Notes: generated by a model from the letters alone, not told the origin. Positions 9,484 to 19,777 are shown, counted from the first letter of the stretch. The stretch: 64,000 nt of DNA from Bdellovibrionota bacterium (GCA_044356455.1 JBIKWF010000001.1:32001-96000), one strand, 5' to 3'. Made by a program: numbers and translations.

Positions 9484-10332
9484 TTACTCAGCAGAAGCTT
9501 CTGAGCAACTAAGGGATACCGTATCGTCCGCTGACGATGCCTCAATTCCGGTAAGCGCACCGCTCGTGAAGGTTGCGGTCCCTTCGACCTCTGTGGTTAC
9601 GTCCTTGCCGTCCCCGGTGGTGCTCACGGAACCCGAAACTGAAATGTCCCCGGTCTTAGAAGTAGAGGGAACTTCGGCCAGCGTGAGCGAGACGACTACT
9701 TCATCTTGCTTATCGCCACTGGCGGAATCTGCGTTGTATTTAAGCGCGATCGTGTCGTTTCCTTTTTGAAGCGAATCGACGCTGCTTGCTTGGAACAGAT
9801 CCTCAGCGCCTTCTGTCGCTGCGGGCTTTGTTACTGAGCAGTCGAGCTTTCTCACGAGGTCGCTCGAAAATACGGCCCCATTGAGGACGGTTGTGAAGCT
9901 GCGGTTGGGGTGCAGCACAGTAGCTACAACCGTATAGTTGAAGGGCGGGGTCGCAATGTCTGTCCCGATGTCGACTCCAATCGCGCCAGGAAGCTCAGGT
10001 GAGCGCATCTGCGTAGAGAAGAGTTTGCGGTTTACAAAAAAATCAAAGCGCAGCGGATACTTACTAAAGGTGTCATCAATCGTGTAGGCGTCCACCAGTA
10101 GTTTCACCCTGGCTGGCTCCGTTTCCGTGCCGCTGACGACCTGGTGGGTCACGGTAAGCGTAGGATTTCTGCTAAATTTGTCTTCGTCTCCACTTACTCC
10201 ACGGGTAGTGACGGTTGTTGAGTTTGCTTCCTCGGCGTGGGCGAGGGGAAGTGAGAGGGAGGCTGTGGCAATGAGCGAAGCTGCCAAAAGGGATGCTACG
10301 GGCACAAAGACGTTCGGTGCGCTAAGACGCAT
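9484..10332 (-). CDS. Secreted hypothetical protein (Ser/Thr-rich, beta-rich)
   Basis: Signal peptide ending AHA-EE; 282-aa ORF. Confidence 0.75.
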   Translation of the reverse strand: MRLSAPNVFVPVASLLAASLIATASLSLPLAHAEEANSTTVTTRGVSGDEDKFSRNPTLTVTHQVVSGTETEPARVKLLVDAYTIDDTFSKYPLRFDFFVNRKLFSTQMRSPELPGAIGVDIGTDIATPPFNYTVVATVLHPNRSFTTVLNGAVFSSDLVRKLDCSVTKPAATEGAEDLFQASSVDSLQKGNDTIALKYNADSASGDKQDEVVVSLTLAEVPSTSKTGDISVSGSVSTTGDGKDVTTEVEGTATFTSGALTGIEASSADDTVSLSCSEASAE

Positions 10333-10494
10333 ATAATGCTCTCCTCGGGTCGAAGGTATATCAATTGGATGAGTGTGCCCTTAAAAGGCCTCGGGAAAAA
10401 GCCCCAATTCACCTCAAGGATAGCAAGATATAACTTCTTCAGGCTGAATCTGTGGGGCTTTCGTGTGCAGAGCTTCTCCTGCAACATAGGGGAC

Positions 10495-11103
10495 ATGAGG
10501 CTAAATCTCAGAATGCTGTTTGTTCTCGTGCGAGGCCCTGTTCTGGCGCTTCTCGTGGCAGCTTGCGCTGGGTGCTCCTTGCTAAAGAAGAAGCAGGAGC
10601 CTGAGCTTTTGGGTTTTTCGGCTGCGAGGAGCAGCCCGCTCTCGGCCGAAGAGACCAAGGAGGTAGCGTCTCAGGTCGGGGGCAATTGGCTCTATGGCCA
10701 AGGTGTGGGGGAGGCCGCGGTTAACGTAGGTGCGATAGTAATGTTTCCGCCCTATGCTGCGGTGGTGGCGGGTAATGCTGCTCTTTCCCTCTCGGGCTAT
10801 GAGCCGATTGGCGTCTCGACGGCGTTGTCTGAGGAAGAAGGGAGCACGTGGAGTGATACCTTTGATCTGATAACCTCAGGACCAGGTCGATTTGCAGCTG
10901 CTCTTGCGGGCAAGGAGTATCGGACCAAGGAAGTGGCAAGAGCGAAGTTACTTCCGATTCTTGAGAGCCGCGTAGCAGGGCCCAGCTCGTCGCCACGTGT
11001 GCCCGCTCAAAATTGCACAGCTCAAATTGGTGCAGTTCAAAATGGTGCGGGCGAAGAGTGTGCTCATTTTGCGCCTCAGAGAGTTGAGTCTTCCGGAAAG
11101 TAG
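10495..11103 (+). CDS. Hypothetical lipoprotein
   Basis: ATG after AGGGG; hydrophobic segment with lipobox-like LVAAC/CAGC. Confidence 0.65.
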   Translation: MRLNLRMLFVLVRGPVLALLVAACAGCSLLKKKQEPELLGFSAARSSPLSAEETKEVASQVGGNWLYGQGVGEAAVNVGAIVMFPPYAAVVAGNAALSLSGYEPIGVSTALSEEEGSTWSDTFDLITSGPGRFAAALAGKEYRTKEVARAKLLPILESRVAGPSSSPRVPAQNCTAQIGAVQNGAGEECAHFAPQRVESSGK

Positions 11104-11113
11104 ATAGAGGAGT

Positions 11114-12013
11114 ATGGCTACAATTGGACTTGTCGTTCGTCCTGGTGTCGAGCGCGCACAAGAAGTTGGGATTAAGCTAGTAAGTTGGGCCCGTGAACGC
11201 GGGCATGAAGTTCTGCTGGACGTCGCATCCCTTCCTACGCTCTCTGGGGCAAGCGCCTCAGGTCACAAATTGCCTTCTGGTGTTACCGCATACCCGCATA
11301 GCGAGCTCGTGAAACGAGCCGATCCTATTGTGACATTGGGAGGAGACGGCACTTTAATTGGTTTGGCGCGCCATGTGGATGGAAAGTACCCGACTATCCT
11401 TGGTGTGAATTTTGGAAATTTGGGCTTTCTCACTGAGACTACGCCTTCGGAGGTTTTTGAGGCCTTGGAGCGTACGCTGAATGGAACCGCGCGTATTGCC
11501 GAACGCCGAATGCTGCACGCCAGCGTGCGGCGCAAGGGAAAGGAGATTTTTGCTGCCCAAGCTCTTAATGACGCGGTCATTCAAAAAGACGCGCGTGCCC
11601 GACTTTTGGACCTTGATATCGCGGTCAATGGGGAGCCCGTGATGCGGCTTCGGGCTGACGGCCTGATTTGTTCCACCCCGACGGGGTCCACTGCTTATTC
11701 TTTGGCAGCGGGTGGTTCGATTGTCCATCCCGCGTTAGAAGTTCTTTTGGTAACGCCTATTTGCGCTCATTCCCTCTCGGCGCGCCCGTTAATTTTGAAA
11801 CTTTCTGATAAACTTTTGGCCACAATTCCCGAATACGATGGGACCATGGTGCTTACTATTGATGGGCAGCTGTCTATTCCGCTTCAAACAGGAGACGCCA
11901 TAGAAATAGGGGAGTCTCCTTATCGCATTAAGTTGGTTCAGAGCAGTTCGCGCAGCTATTTCGATATTTTACGCACCAAGCTTAATTGGGGCATTGCGAA
12001 TAAGGGCGAATAG
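11114..12013 (+). CDS. nadK: NAD kinase
   Basis: LGGDGT, GVNFGNLGFL, LND and DGLICSTPTGSTAYSLAAGG. Confidence 0.97.
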   Translation: MATIGLVVRPGVERAQEVGIKLVSWARERGHEVLLDVASLPTLSGASASGHKLPSGVTAYPHSELVKRADPIVTLGGDGTLIGLARHVDGKYPTILGVNFGNLGFLTETTPSEVFEALERTLNGTARIAERRMLHASVRRKGKEIFAAQALNDAVIQKDARARLLDLDIAVNGEPVMRLRADGLICSTPTGSTAYSLAAGGSIVHPALEVLLVTPICAHSLSARPLILKLSDKLLATIPEYDGTMVLTIDGQLSIPLQTGDAIEIGESPYRIKLVQSSSRSYFDILRTKLNWGIANKGE

Positions 12014-12075
12014 AAGCTCGTTGTTCGAGCCGTCTTGCTACGGAGGTTTTTTGCCCTTGATACTCCAGAATGTGC

Positions 12076-12304
12076 CTCGCCTGATCATCTCACAGCCCCG
12101 AACGGCTGTGAGATGATCAGGCGAGCTAACGCCCGGACGGCGTTAGCAAATCGCGACCGAAGGAAGCGATTTGGAGCGCACCGGAGGGCGACGCCGTGTT
12201 CGCGGCGCTCGCAGGTGCGCGATGTTGGAAATCCGCCTGGATGGCGGATTTCCAACGCAGTCTCACGGACCCGTTAGGGATCCCGTGAGACATTACGGCT
12301 AGAG
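12076..12304. repeat. Multi-hairpin intergenic element, family 2, copy 1 (candidate structured RNA or REP-like element)
   Basis: Colinear with 56618-56870; six hairpins, with compensatory changes between the copies. Confidence 0.85.
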
Positions 12305-12319
12305 TCACCGGTAGTTGAT

Positions 12320-13966
12320 ATGCTTACAGAATTACATATTGAAAATTTTGCCCTAGTTGAAACGGAGAGCGTCTCCTTTGGAGCGGGGCTGAATGTTATA
12401 AGCGGCGAAACGGGGTCCGGAAAATCTATTCTTCTGCAGGCCATTCAGTTTCTTCTTGGCGAGAAGCTTAAATCTCAAGTGGTTCGCTCGGGCGCCGAAT
12501 CCGCAGAGGTTCAAGGACTTTTCTCGCTTGAGAGGCTTCCGCCAGCCCTCGTGGAAGAACTTCCGGATCTGGCGCGGGGTGATGAGCTCGCGGTGGTTCG
12601 CACGATAGGCAAGAGCGGCAAGGGGAAGGTGTATATCAATGGCCGGCTCGCAAGTCTGGGATTGCTTGAAGAGATAGTCGGAAAGCTCGTTAATATTTGC
12701 GGGCAGAATCACCATGTGCGCTTGCTCGATCAGTCCTATCACCGCGATGTGCTTGATGGCTTTGCGGGTCACGATCACTTAGTGAGGTCATGCAAAGAGT
12801 CCTTCGAATTATGGCGTGAACGAAGCTCGGAACTTGCGAAGCTCGAAGAGGAAGCCCGCGCGCGCGAGGGCAAAGAAGTTGACATGACGGAGACGCTTAA
12901 GGAGCTCGATGCGGCAAAGTTAAGGCCCGGAATGCGAGCAGAGCTTGAGGCTCAGGTGAAAAGACTTGGTGGCGCGGAGCGTTTGTTGTCTTCCTCTCAG
13001 CAGCTCGATGAAGCGCTTACCTCAGAGGGCGGGCTTTCAACGCAGCTGCAGAGAATCTCTGCCGAGGTGCAGGAGATTTTAAAGATTGACCCAGAGTTCT
13101 CTTCTCGTGCGGATCTGTTTGTTGCTGCTCGGACCCACCTCAAGGAGTTCGAAACCGCGGTCGCTCGTTATATGGCGTCCCTGTCCCTGGATGAGGACCA
13201 GCTTGCCTCAGCTCGCGAGCAGCTCGCAGAAGTTGCGCGGCTCGAGAGAAAGTATAGGCGAACCGATTCGGAGCTAGTTGCCTTACGCGAAGAGCTGCGT
13301 ACGGCGTTATCCACGATCCAAGGCGGAAAGCGCATCGGCGACTTGCAGCAAGAGGTTGGGCGACTTCGCTCTGCGCTAGAGAAGGCCGCGGCTTCGCTTC
13401 ACGAGAGTCGTTTGAAAGCGGTAAAAAAGCTCTGCCCACTTGTGGAGGAGGGCCTTGGGTGCGTTGCCATGAAGGGCAGTTCGCTTGAGGTTACCCTTTC
13501 TCCCTCAACTCTTGGCTCTCATGGTTTAGACCGCGTGGAGTTTCTGCTTTCTGCTAATCGTGGTGAGCCCATGCGACCCCTTCGCGACATTGCCTCTGGA
13601 GGGGAGCTTTCACGAATTCTTTTGATCCTTAAGCAGGTCCTGTCTGACCGAACGGGAGTCAATGTGCTGGTCTTTGATGAGGTTGACCAGGGGGTTTCGG
13701 GCGCGGTAGCCCGAGCGGTTGGACTTAAGCTTCGGGACTTAGCGCGCTCTTCACAGGTTATTTGTGTGACGCATCTGCCCCAAGTCGCTTCTCTTGCTGA
13801 CCATCATTTCCTCGTGGATAAGCTCTCAGGGGATAGGACCGTGACCCGCGTCAGAGAGCTTGAAGGGGACGTTAGAATAGAAGAAATCGCAAGAATGTTA
13901 GCTGGTTACAAGGTTACTCCCGCCGCAAGGGAGTCCGCCCGTGAGTTACTTTCATCTAAGCTTTAG
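12320..13966 (+). CDS. recN: DNA repair protein RecN
   Basis: SGETGSGKS, coiled coil, ASGGELSR, FDEVDQG, CVTHLPQVA, EEIARML; follows nadK. Confidence 0.97.
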   Translation: MLTELHIENFALVETESVSFGAGLNVISGETGSGKSILLQAIQFLLGEKLKSQVVRSGAESAEVQGLFSLERLPPALVEELPDLARGDELAVVRTIGKSGKGKVYINGRLASLGLLEEIVGKLVNICGQNHHVRLLDQSYHRDVLDGFAGHDHLVRSCKESFELWRERSSELAKLEEEARAREGKEVDMTETLKELDAAKLRPGMRAELEAQVKRLGGAERLLSSSQQLDEALTSEGGLSTQLQRISAEVQEILKIDPEFSSRADLFVAARTHLKEFETAVARYMASLSLDEDQLASAREQLAEVARLERKYRRTDSELVALREELRTALSTIQGGKRIGDLQQEVGRLRSALEKAAASLHESRLKAVKKLCPLVEEGLGCVAMKGSSLEVTLSPSTLGSHGLDRVEFLLSANRGEPMRPLRDIASGGELSRILLILKQVLSDRTGVNVLVFDEVDQGVSGAVARAVGLKLRDLARSSQVICVTHLPQVASLADHHFLVDKLSGDRTVTRVRELEGDVRIEEIARMLAGYKVTPAARESARELLSSKL

Positions 13967-14291
13967 CAGTAGTTGCAAGGGGTTGAATAACGTCGTTTTG
14001 CGGCGTTGCCTTGGGCCGTTGACGTCTTGTTGGGTTATTGGCTAGCGTCGACTCCCCAGCTTGTGCGGCGCCCTCAAGGATGGACCCTTTAGAGCAGTAA
14101 TTTGGCTAGGGCAGGAAATTTGGCAGGCTCGCTTTGAGCAGTTGCCATTTGTTAGCGAGGCGTTAGGCCTGCTCACGGAACCGCACTGAAATGAGGATTG
14201 AGATAGTTTCTTGTGGCTACGCGCTCCGACTCTTGAGAAGCGCGAAGGCTGCATGAGATAGGCTGGGAATAACCCGCTACGTAAGGGACTA

Positions 14292-15533
14292 ATGATTTCG
14301 AGCAATAAGAGAGAGTTCTGCCTTTGGGTTGTTGGCAGCAAGGACGGCAGGGTTCGTAAGCTACGCTTTACCCTTAAAACCTTGCTCGCAGCCTTGGTGG
14401 TTCTTGGCGGCATTGCGTCCGGATTCCTGTTTGTCGCTTCTGACTATGCGCGTGCTCATATTCAGCGCGCCGAGTCTTATTTTAAACTAAAGCGCGTGCT
14501 CCATGAGAAGGAGCAGCTTGAGGGCACTCGTGAAACCCTTGAGTCTAAGGTCGAGCACCTTGAAACCGCTCAGCAGCGCTCTCTTTCCTATGAACAACAA
14601 GTGAAGGCGCGCCTTGATGAGCTTGCCTCTCTTCTCAGAGCCTCAGATCCAGGCCGTGTACTTGCCCCAAGTCTGGGGGTGAAGGGCCTTGGTGTCTCGG
14701 CTGCCCAGGCCTCAGGATCTGAAAGTTCTGAGGGCAACCTCTTTGCAGGGGAAGAGGTGGGAGTTGGAGGGGAGGCCGGAGCTGATAGTGAGGCTGCTGA
14801 ATCTGCTTTGGCTGATGCTGGAGTTGTGGACCCCGCTAGCTCTTCTCAAAAAGCGGCCAAACCCGCCGTTTCCTCGATAAGTAAGAATTCGAGTGCGGCC
14901 AAGGGCGATGAGGGCGCGGCTGATGGGGTGGGTGGGGCTGAAATTGACTGTGAAACTGATGCTTCAGCCTGTGGAAAGCAGCTATCCCAGCTAAGCGGAA
15001 CTCGGGCTCGCCTCAATCTGGCCTCAGCCGAGGGCCGTGCCGCCGATCAAAAGGAACTTATCGAGCTACTCGATACCTATCTTGATGTACTCAAGATAGC
15101 GCCCATTGGGCTCCCAGCGCCTGGGTATATTAATTCAGGCTTTGGCTTCCGTTTCTCCCCATTTCACGGTCGCCTAAGTATGCACGAGGGGATTGATCTC
15201 GCGCTTCCTCAGGGCAGCCAGATTAACTCTACGGGGGATGGGGTCGTTCTCTCTGTTGAGCGAAATGGCACGTATGGACTTGTGGTTGATATCGCACACT
15301 CGGACAGGGTGGTAACAAGATATGCACATCTCTCAAAAGCCTTTGTCTCCGAAGGCGAAAAGGTGTGCCGAGGGGAGGTCATTGGGCTAGTGGGTACTTC
15401 CGGTCGTTCCACGGGGCCTCATCTGCATTATGAGATTCTTGTGGACGGGAAAGCTCGTAACCCGGTCCCCTTCGTCCAGCTCGCCCTTGATATTCAGAAC
15501 CTGTTCGGCAGGCTTACTTCAGATCTGGCCTAA
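14292..15533 (+). CDS. M23 metallopeptidase with N-terminal TM helix and coiled coil
   Basis: HEGID, YAHL, GRSTGPHLHYE. Confidence 0.93.
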   Translation: MISSNKREFCLWVVGSKDGRVRKLRFTLKTLLAALVVLGGIASGFLFVASDYARAHIQRAESYFKLKRVLHEKEQLEGTRETLESKVEHLETAQQRSLSYEQQVKARLDELASLLRASDPGRVLAPSLGVKGLGVSAAQASGSESSEGNLFAGEEVGVGGEAGADSEAAESALADAGVVDPASSSQKAAKPAVSSISKNSSAAKGDEGAADGVGGAEIDCETDASACGKQLSQLSGTRARLNLASAEGRAADQKELIELLDTYLDVLKIAPIGLPAPGYINSGFGFRFSPFHGRLSMHEGIDLALPQGSQINSTGDGVVLSVERNGTYGLVVDIAHSDRVVTRYAHLSKAFVSEGEKVCRGEVIGLVGTSGRSTGPHLHYEILVDGKARNPVPFVQLALDIQNLFGRLTSDLA

Positions 15534-15567
15534 TACGCCTCTTGGCGCTCCTCTTTTTATCTCCTAG

Positions 15568-15696
15568 GGAACCTCTGAAAAACCTCCATTCTTAATACAC
15601 CTCTGTGTACCTCTGCGTCCTCTGTGGTGAATTACCTGAAGAAATTTCACCACAGAGGACGCAGGGGTGCACAGAGGTAAGTTTTTCAGAGGTTCC
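15568..15696. mobile_element. MITE-like palindromic element, family 1 (best-preserved copy)
   Basis: CTAG|GGAACCTCTGAAAAAC ... GTTTTTCAGAGGTTCC|CTAG; perfect 16-bp terminal inverted repeats. Confidence 0.9.
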
Positions 15697-15881
15697 CTAG
15701 GATTTATAGGCTGGCCGCATGGCCAAGCTTAGCAGTTCAGGCCATAAATTGCTGAATTCTCCACGTTGTTTCTCCTGCGCCACTGCGATAGTTTGCACGG
15801 TGTTGGGAGGGGTGTATTTGCCCTCCCTGTAGGGATTTTGCCCTGTGCAGGGATTGTTCCCCTTGTCGAGGAGTATCTATC

Positions 15882-17231
15882 TTGAGTCTCTCTTCCCCAT
15901 CTTTTCTATCTTCGGTTGGTGCCGCTACTGGTGCGCTTCTCGAAGCATCCCCCGAGGCTTGCTTTCGTCCCAGCGCGCTGATTTCTCTTCGCCGAAGCGC
16001 GCTGGCCTCACGAGAAGCCGGCAAGATATCATCTCTGATTCGTGTGCCTCGGAGTAGTGAGAGTGGTAAAGTGGCGGGAGGCTTGCTTGGTGCTGCCGTC
16101 GTTGCACTCATTGTCGGTACGATAATCTTTTACACCTTCGGTCAAGTCGTTGCGCCAGGTTACATTGGAGTTCGGCAAGTAACGGCTGGTCCAGGGCAGG
16201 GGTTTTCCAAAAATGGACTTCACCCGGGGCTCCATTTCACCGTTCCCTTTCTCGTGAATGTGTATCTGATTCCAAGGACGGTGCAGGTACTTAACTTTCA
16301 CCGCAAAGGCACAGATTCAGACATCGCGTCAGTCTCTAACGATCCTGACGAAGTGGCGAGTTTAGAAATTCGTACGAGCGACGGGCTTTCCGTTGATCTC
16401 GATGTGTCCGTGCTTACGCGCTTCTATGACCGCCCGAGCGCAAATGTAGAAGAGGGATCTTCAGAATCAGGAGTCGCGGGAGGAAAGGATAAGCCTGCCC
16501 ACGGCGGTCCCGCAGACTTGTTCACTGCAGTAGGTATCAGCGAGGCGGCCTGGGATAATCAGATACGGCGTGTAGCGGCTGACGAATTACGCCAGGCGCT
16601 AGGTGCGTTGCTCGCGCGGCAATTTTACGAAGAGCCTACCACTCGCGCGGATGCACTGGCACGTGCCCAGGATGCGATGAGGGAGCGCTTAGATCCTGTT
16701 GGTATTCGTGTCGAGGCGGTGCTTCTGCGGCGCTATACCTACAAGGATGATCTCTTTGATAAAGCGATTTTTAATAAAAATCTCCAAGAGCAAGAGCAGC
16801 GCCTGAAGGATGCTTCTGGGCGTCTGGCGGAAGTGAAGGCTCAGCTCGAGCAAGTCGAAGCGGAGTGGGATGCGAAAGTAGAGACCTTGCGCGTGAAGGG
16901 AGAGAGCGAATCAAAGGTGCTTTTTTCTGAGGCTAAGCTTTACGAGAGCCAGAAGATGGCGGAAGGCGATTTGCTCGTGGCGAAAGCTCAGGCTGAAGTA
17001 GATCGCTTAAAGGCGGCGGCTCTTGCACAAAGTACAGGTGCGGATGTGTTTGTCGCTCGTGAGATGGCGCCTTTACTTTCGTCGCTTAAGGGAGGCGTCG
17101 TGACAAGTCTTGATCCCTACGATGTTGATGCTTGGGCGAGGCGACTTGGGGTTGGCGAGAGTTCCAAAGCAAAGCTCAAAAGCGCGCCTTCCCCGGCAGC
17201 AGCTTCTGCGGTGGGGGCGAGTACTCCCTAA
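15882..17231 (+). CDS. SPFH/band-7 domain membrane protein; start uncertain (possibly GTG 16044)
   Basis: TM helix then VAPGYIGVR, PGLHF, IRTSDGLSVDLDVSV, coiled-coil tail. Confidence 0.82.
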   Translation: MSLSSPSFLSSVGAATGALLEASPEACFRPSALISLRRSALASREAGKISSLIRVPRSSESGKVAGGLLGAAVVALIVGTIIFYTFGQVVAPGYIGVRQVTAGPGQGFSKNGLHPGLHFTVPFLVNVYLIPRTVQVLNFHRKGTDSDIASVSNDPDEVASLEIRTSDGLSVDLDVSVLTRFYDRPSANVEEGSSESGVAGGKDKPAHGGPADLFTAVGISEAAWDNQIRRVAADELRQALGALLARQFYEEPTTRADALARAQDAMRERLDPVGIRVEAVLLRRYTYKDDLFDKAIFNKNLQEQEQRLKDASGRLAEVKAQLEQVEAEWDAKVETLRVKGESESKVLFSEAKLYESQKMAEGDLLVAKAQAEVDRLKAAALAQSTGADVFVAREMAPLLSSLKGGVVTSLDPYDVDAWARRLGVGESSKAKLKSAPSPAAASAVGASTP

Positions 17232-17339
17232 CCGCTGCCAGGGATTGATTTGGGCTGGGCGGGCCAAAGGTCCACAGGGCTCGCGGCTTGTGAGTGAAGT
17301 GATTATAGGAGTGGCAGTTCAAAGAGCTTAGTAGGTCTG

Positions 17340-18572
17340 ATGAAAAATCTTCGTTTTCTTCTTGTCGTTTTAAGTGTGCTGCTTCTTTCTGGCTGCGACC
17401 TTCCGGTGCAGCAGCTTGGTGCTCGGGAGCGAGGCGTGGTGTTTCGGCGCCTCCCAACTTTTTTAGGTGGTGGCGTGGCGACTTCCGTGCATCCGCCAGG
17501 TGCTTTAGTGGTGGTGTGGCCTTGGGACTCTATCTACCGAATTGATACGGGAAGCCGAGATGTTTCCCTCGGTGAGGCGGGGCTTGACGGGGATCTCGCT
17601 GGCTTTGTCTTCACCAGGGCAAAGGATGGAAATGAGGTCGCGCTGCGCATGACCGTGCGCTATCGCGTGACGGACTCAGAAGATACGTTAGTGCGCCTGG
17701 TGCAGGAGGTGACGACCACGGACGAGGAGCTACAGCAGCTTATTGTGGCTGTCTCCCGTGCCTCCATTCGTCTCCATCTAAATGAGCTTAGGACTTCTGG
17801 GTTCCTTGGTGAGCAAGATAGATATAGGGCCGTGGAAAAGGTCAAGGCAGGAGTTCAGGAAGAGTTGGATACCATCCTTCCTGGTGGCGTTGAGATTATG
17901 GCGATGATGCTCGACCGCTTCGAGTTCGCGCGGCTAGGGCCAAGTGGTGAAGTCGATCGCAGTTATCAAGAAAAGCTCAACGAGGTTCTCAGATTAGTGG
18001 AGGACTCCGAGCGAGAGAGATTGCGCATTAAGACGGTCAAGGCGGAAGGTGAGCGCCGAGAATTTGAAACACAAGCTCATGTGAATCGGCTCGTGCAGGA
18101 AGCGCTTGGAGCGAAATCTCAAGCGGAAACTCGCGGTGGTTCTTACCTGACCAGCCGGGAGAACGAGGCTAAGTCGGTTCTCGCCGTGGGGAAAGCCGAA
18201 GTGCAAGGTTTAATTGAGCGTATCAATGCTCTTGAAGGCCCAGGAGGCGCGGCCATTCTTAAGCTAGAGCTTGCTAATGCGCTGCGTCAAAGCGACCCAC
18301 GTTTTGTGCTGATGGGAAGCGGTGGCACAGAGAAGGGAATTGACGTGCAGAGAACCGATACCAATGAATTAATAAATCAGCTTGGCGTTTTTGAGGCACT
18401 GAGCGCAAAGACAGGGACGGCAGCGAGCGCGGCGGTTTCGGGCACTGCGTCAGGTGCCTCTGCAAGACCGGGTTCAAGGATTGGGGAAATTGCAAAGCCC
18501 GAAGTGCGTAGCGGGGGGCAGCTCCCTTCGCCTCAAGAGAATCAAGTTGCTTCTGGCCAAGCGGGGAAATAG
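17340..18572 (+). CDS. SPFH/band-7 domain protein with lipoprotein signal
   Basis: LLLSG-C lipobox; ERGVVF, TRAKDGNEVALRMTVRY; Ala/Glu-rich coiled coil. Confidence 0.8.
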   Translation: MKNLRFLLVVLSVLLLSGCDLPVQQLGARERGVVFRRLPTFLGGGVATSVHPPGALVVVWPWDSIYRIDTGSRDVSLGEAGLDGDLAGFVFTRAKDGNEVALRMTVRYRVTDSEDTLVRLVQEVTTTDEELQQLIVAVSRASIRLHLNELRTSGFLGEQDRYRAVEKVKAGVQEELDTILPGGVEIMAMMLDRFEFARLGPSGEVDRSYQEKLNEVLRLVEDSERERLRIKTVKAEGERREFETQAHVNRLVQEALGAKSQAETRGGSYLTSRENEAKSVLAVGKAEVQGLIERINALEGPGGAAILKLELANALRQSDPRFVLMGSGGTEKGIDVQRTDTNELINQLGVFEALSAKTGTAASAAVSGTASGASARPGSRIGEIAKPEVRSGGQLPSPQENQVASGQAGK

Positions 18573-18615
18573 CCCTTGCTTTGGCGGTTGTGTTTAGAAG
18601 GTGAAAGAAAAGAGT

Positions 18616-19542
18616 ATGACAAGTAGAAAAAAAATATCGCTTGTAGGCGCAGGACAAATTGGTGGCACGCTCGCTCTTCTATGTGGGCTGAGAAATCTTG
18701 GCGACGTAGTGCTTTACGACATTGTTGACGGGATGCCGCAGGGAAAGGCGCTCGATCTTTCGCATTTAGCGCCAGTCTTCGGCTGCGATTTCACGGTGAA
18801 AGGCAGTAATAACTTGGCGGACTTGGCTGGTTCCGATGTGGTTATTGTGACCTCAGGTCTTCCTCGTAAGCCTGGGATGAGCCGTGATGATCTCGTGAAA
18901 ACGAATGCTGGCATTGTGCGTGACGTGGCAGCAGGAATTAAGAAATTTGCACCGGAGGCGTTTGTTATCGTAGTGACGAACCCTCTCGACGCCATGGCGT
19001 ACTTGATGCAAAAGGAAACTGGTATTCCGAGCAATCGAGTCGTCGGTATGGCAGGTGTGCTTGATACGGCGCGCTATCAAGCCTTCTTGGCAGAAGCACT
19101 CGGTGTCTCCGTGCAGTCCGTCTCAGCTTTCGTGCTCGGCGGCCATGGCGATGACATGGTGCCGGTGCGTTCGTTTACGACCTGCAATGGAATCCCTGTT
19201 GAGAAGTTGCTCGCTTCGGACAAGCTTGATGCTCTAGAAAAGCGCGTTCGTGGGGCGGGAGGAGAGGTGGTCGCCCTTCTTAAAACAGGCTCAGCTTTCT
19301 ATTCTCCCGCAGCTTCAGCTATTCAGATGGCCGAGGCGTATCTCTTTGACCAGAAGCGAGTGCTCGCCGCAGCGGTGCACTGCACCGGCCAGTACGGAGT
19401 AAAGGATATTTACCTCGGACTGCCTGTGGTGATGGGGAAGAATGGCGTGGAGAAGATTCTTGAAATTGAACTTACGCAGAAAGAAAAAGAAGCGCTGCAC
19501 CAGAGCGCGGGACGGGTCAAGGAACTCATTGCGATACTGTAG
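18616..19542 (+). CDS. mdh: Malate dehydrogenase (LDH-like)
   Basis: [29 protein letters not shown]. Confidence 0.96.
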   Translation: MTSRKKISLVGAGQIGGTLALLCGLRNLGDVVLYDIVDGMPQGKALDLSHLAPVFGCDFTVKGSNNLADLAGSDVVIVTSGLPRKPGMSRDDLVKTNAGIVRDVAAGIKKFAPEAFVIVVTNPLDAMAYLMQKETGIPSNRVVGMAGVLDTARYQAFLAEALGVSVQSVSAFVLGGHGDDMVPVRSFTTCNGIPVEKLLASDKLDALEKRVRGAGGEVVALLKTGSAFYSPAASAIQMAEAYLFDQKRVLAAAVHCTGQYGVKDIYLGLPVVMGKNGVEKILEIELTQKEKEALHQSAGRVKELIAIL

Positions 19543-19559
19543 CGTTGTTCCTAGAGCAC

Positions 19560-19650
19560 CGTGTTCTTTTGTTCCGGTGTTCTTTTGTTTCGGTGTTCCT
19601 TTATTCTGGAGTTCTTTTATCCAGGGGTTCTTGTTCTCGGGATTCCTTTG
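19560..19650. repeat. Degenerate 16-bp tandem repeat (about 5.5 copies)
   Basis: Units such as CGTGTTCTTTTGTTCC / GGTGTTCTTTTGTTTC / GGTGTTCCTTTATTCT / GGAGTTCTTTTATCCA. Confidence 0.7.
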
Positions 19651-19777
19651 ACACGGAGCTTTTTTAGGCTGTGTGTTGATAGAAATGTGCGCGGGGAGCC
19701 GAGCGTTAGAGCCGGTAGTTTCGGCTTCTAGTTCAAGGCTTGGTTCCCCGCGAAGGTTAAGTACAGGACTTAAGACT

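Noticed and set aside
12126..12304. Integron attC sites (CTAAC...GTTAG motifs, also 56668-56870)
   Set aside because: Ends do not fit RYYYAAC/GTTRRRY, the CTAAC pairs locally, flanking genes are housekeeping, and there is no integrase
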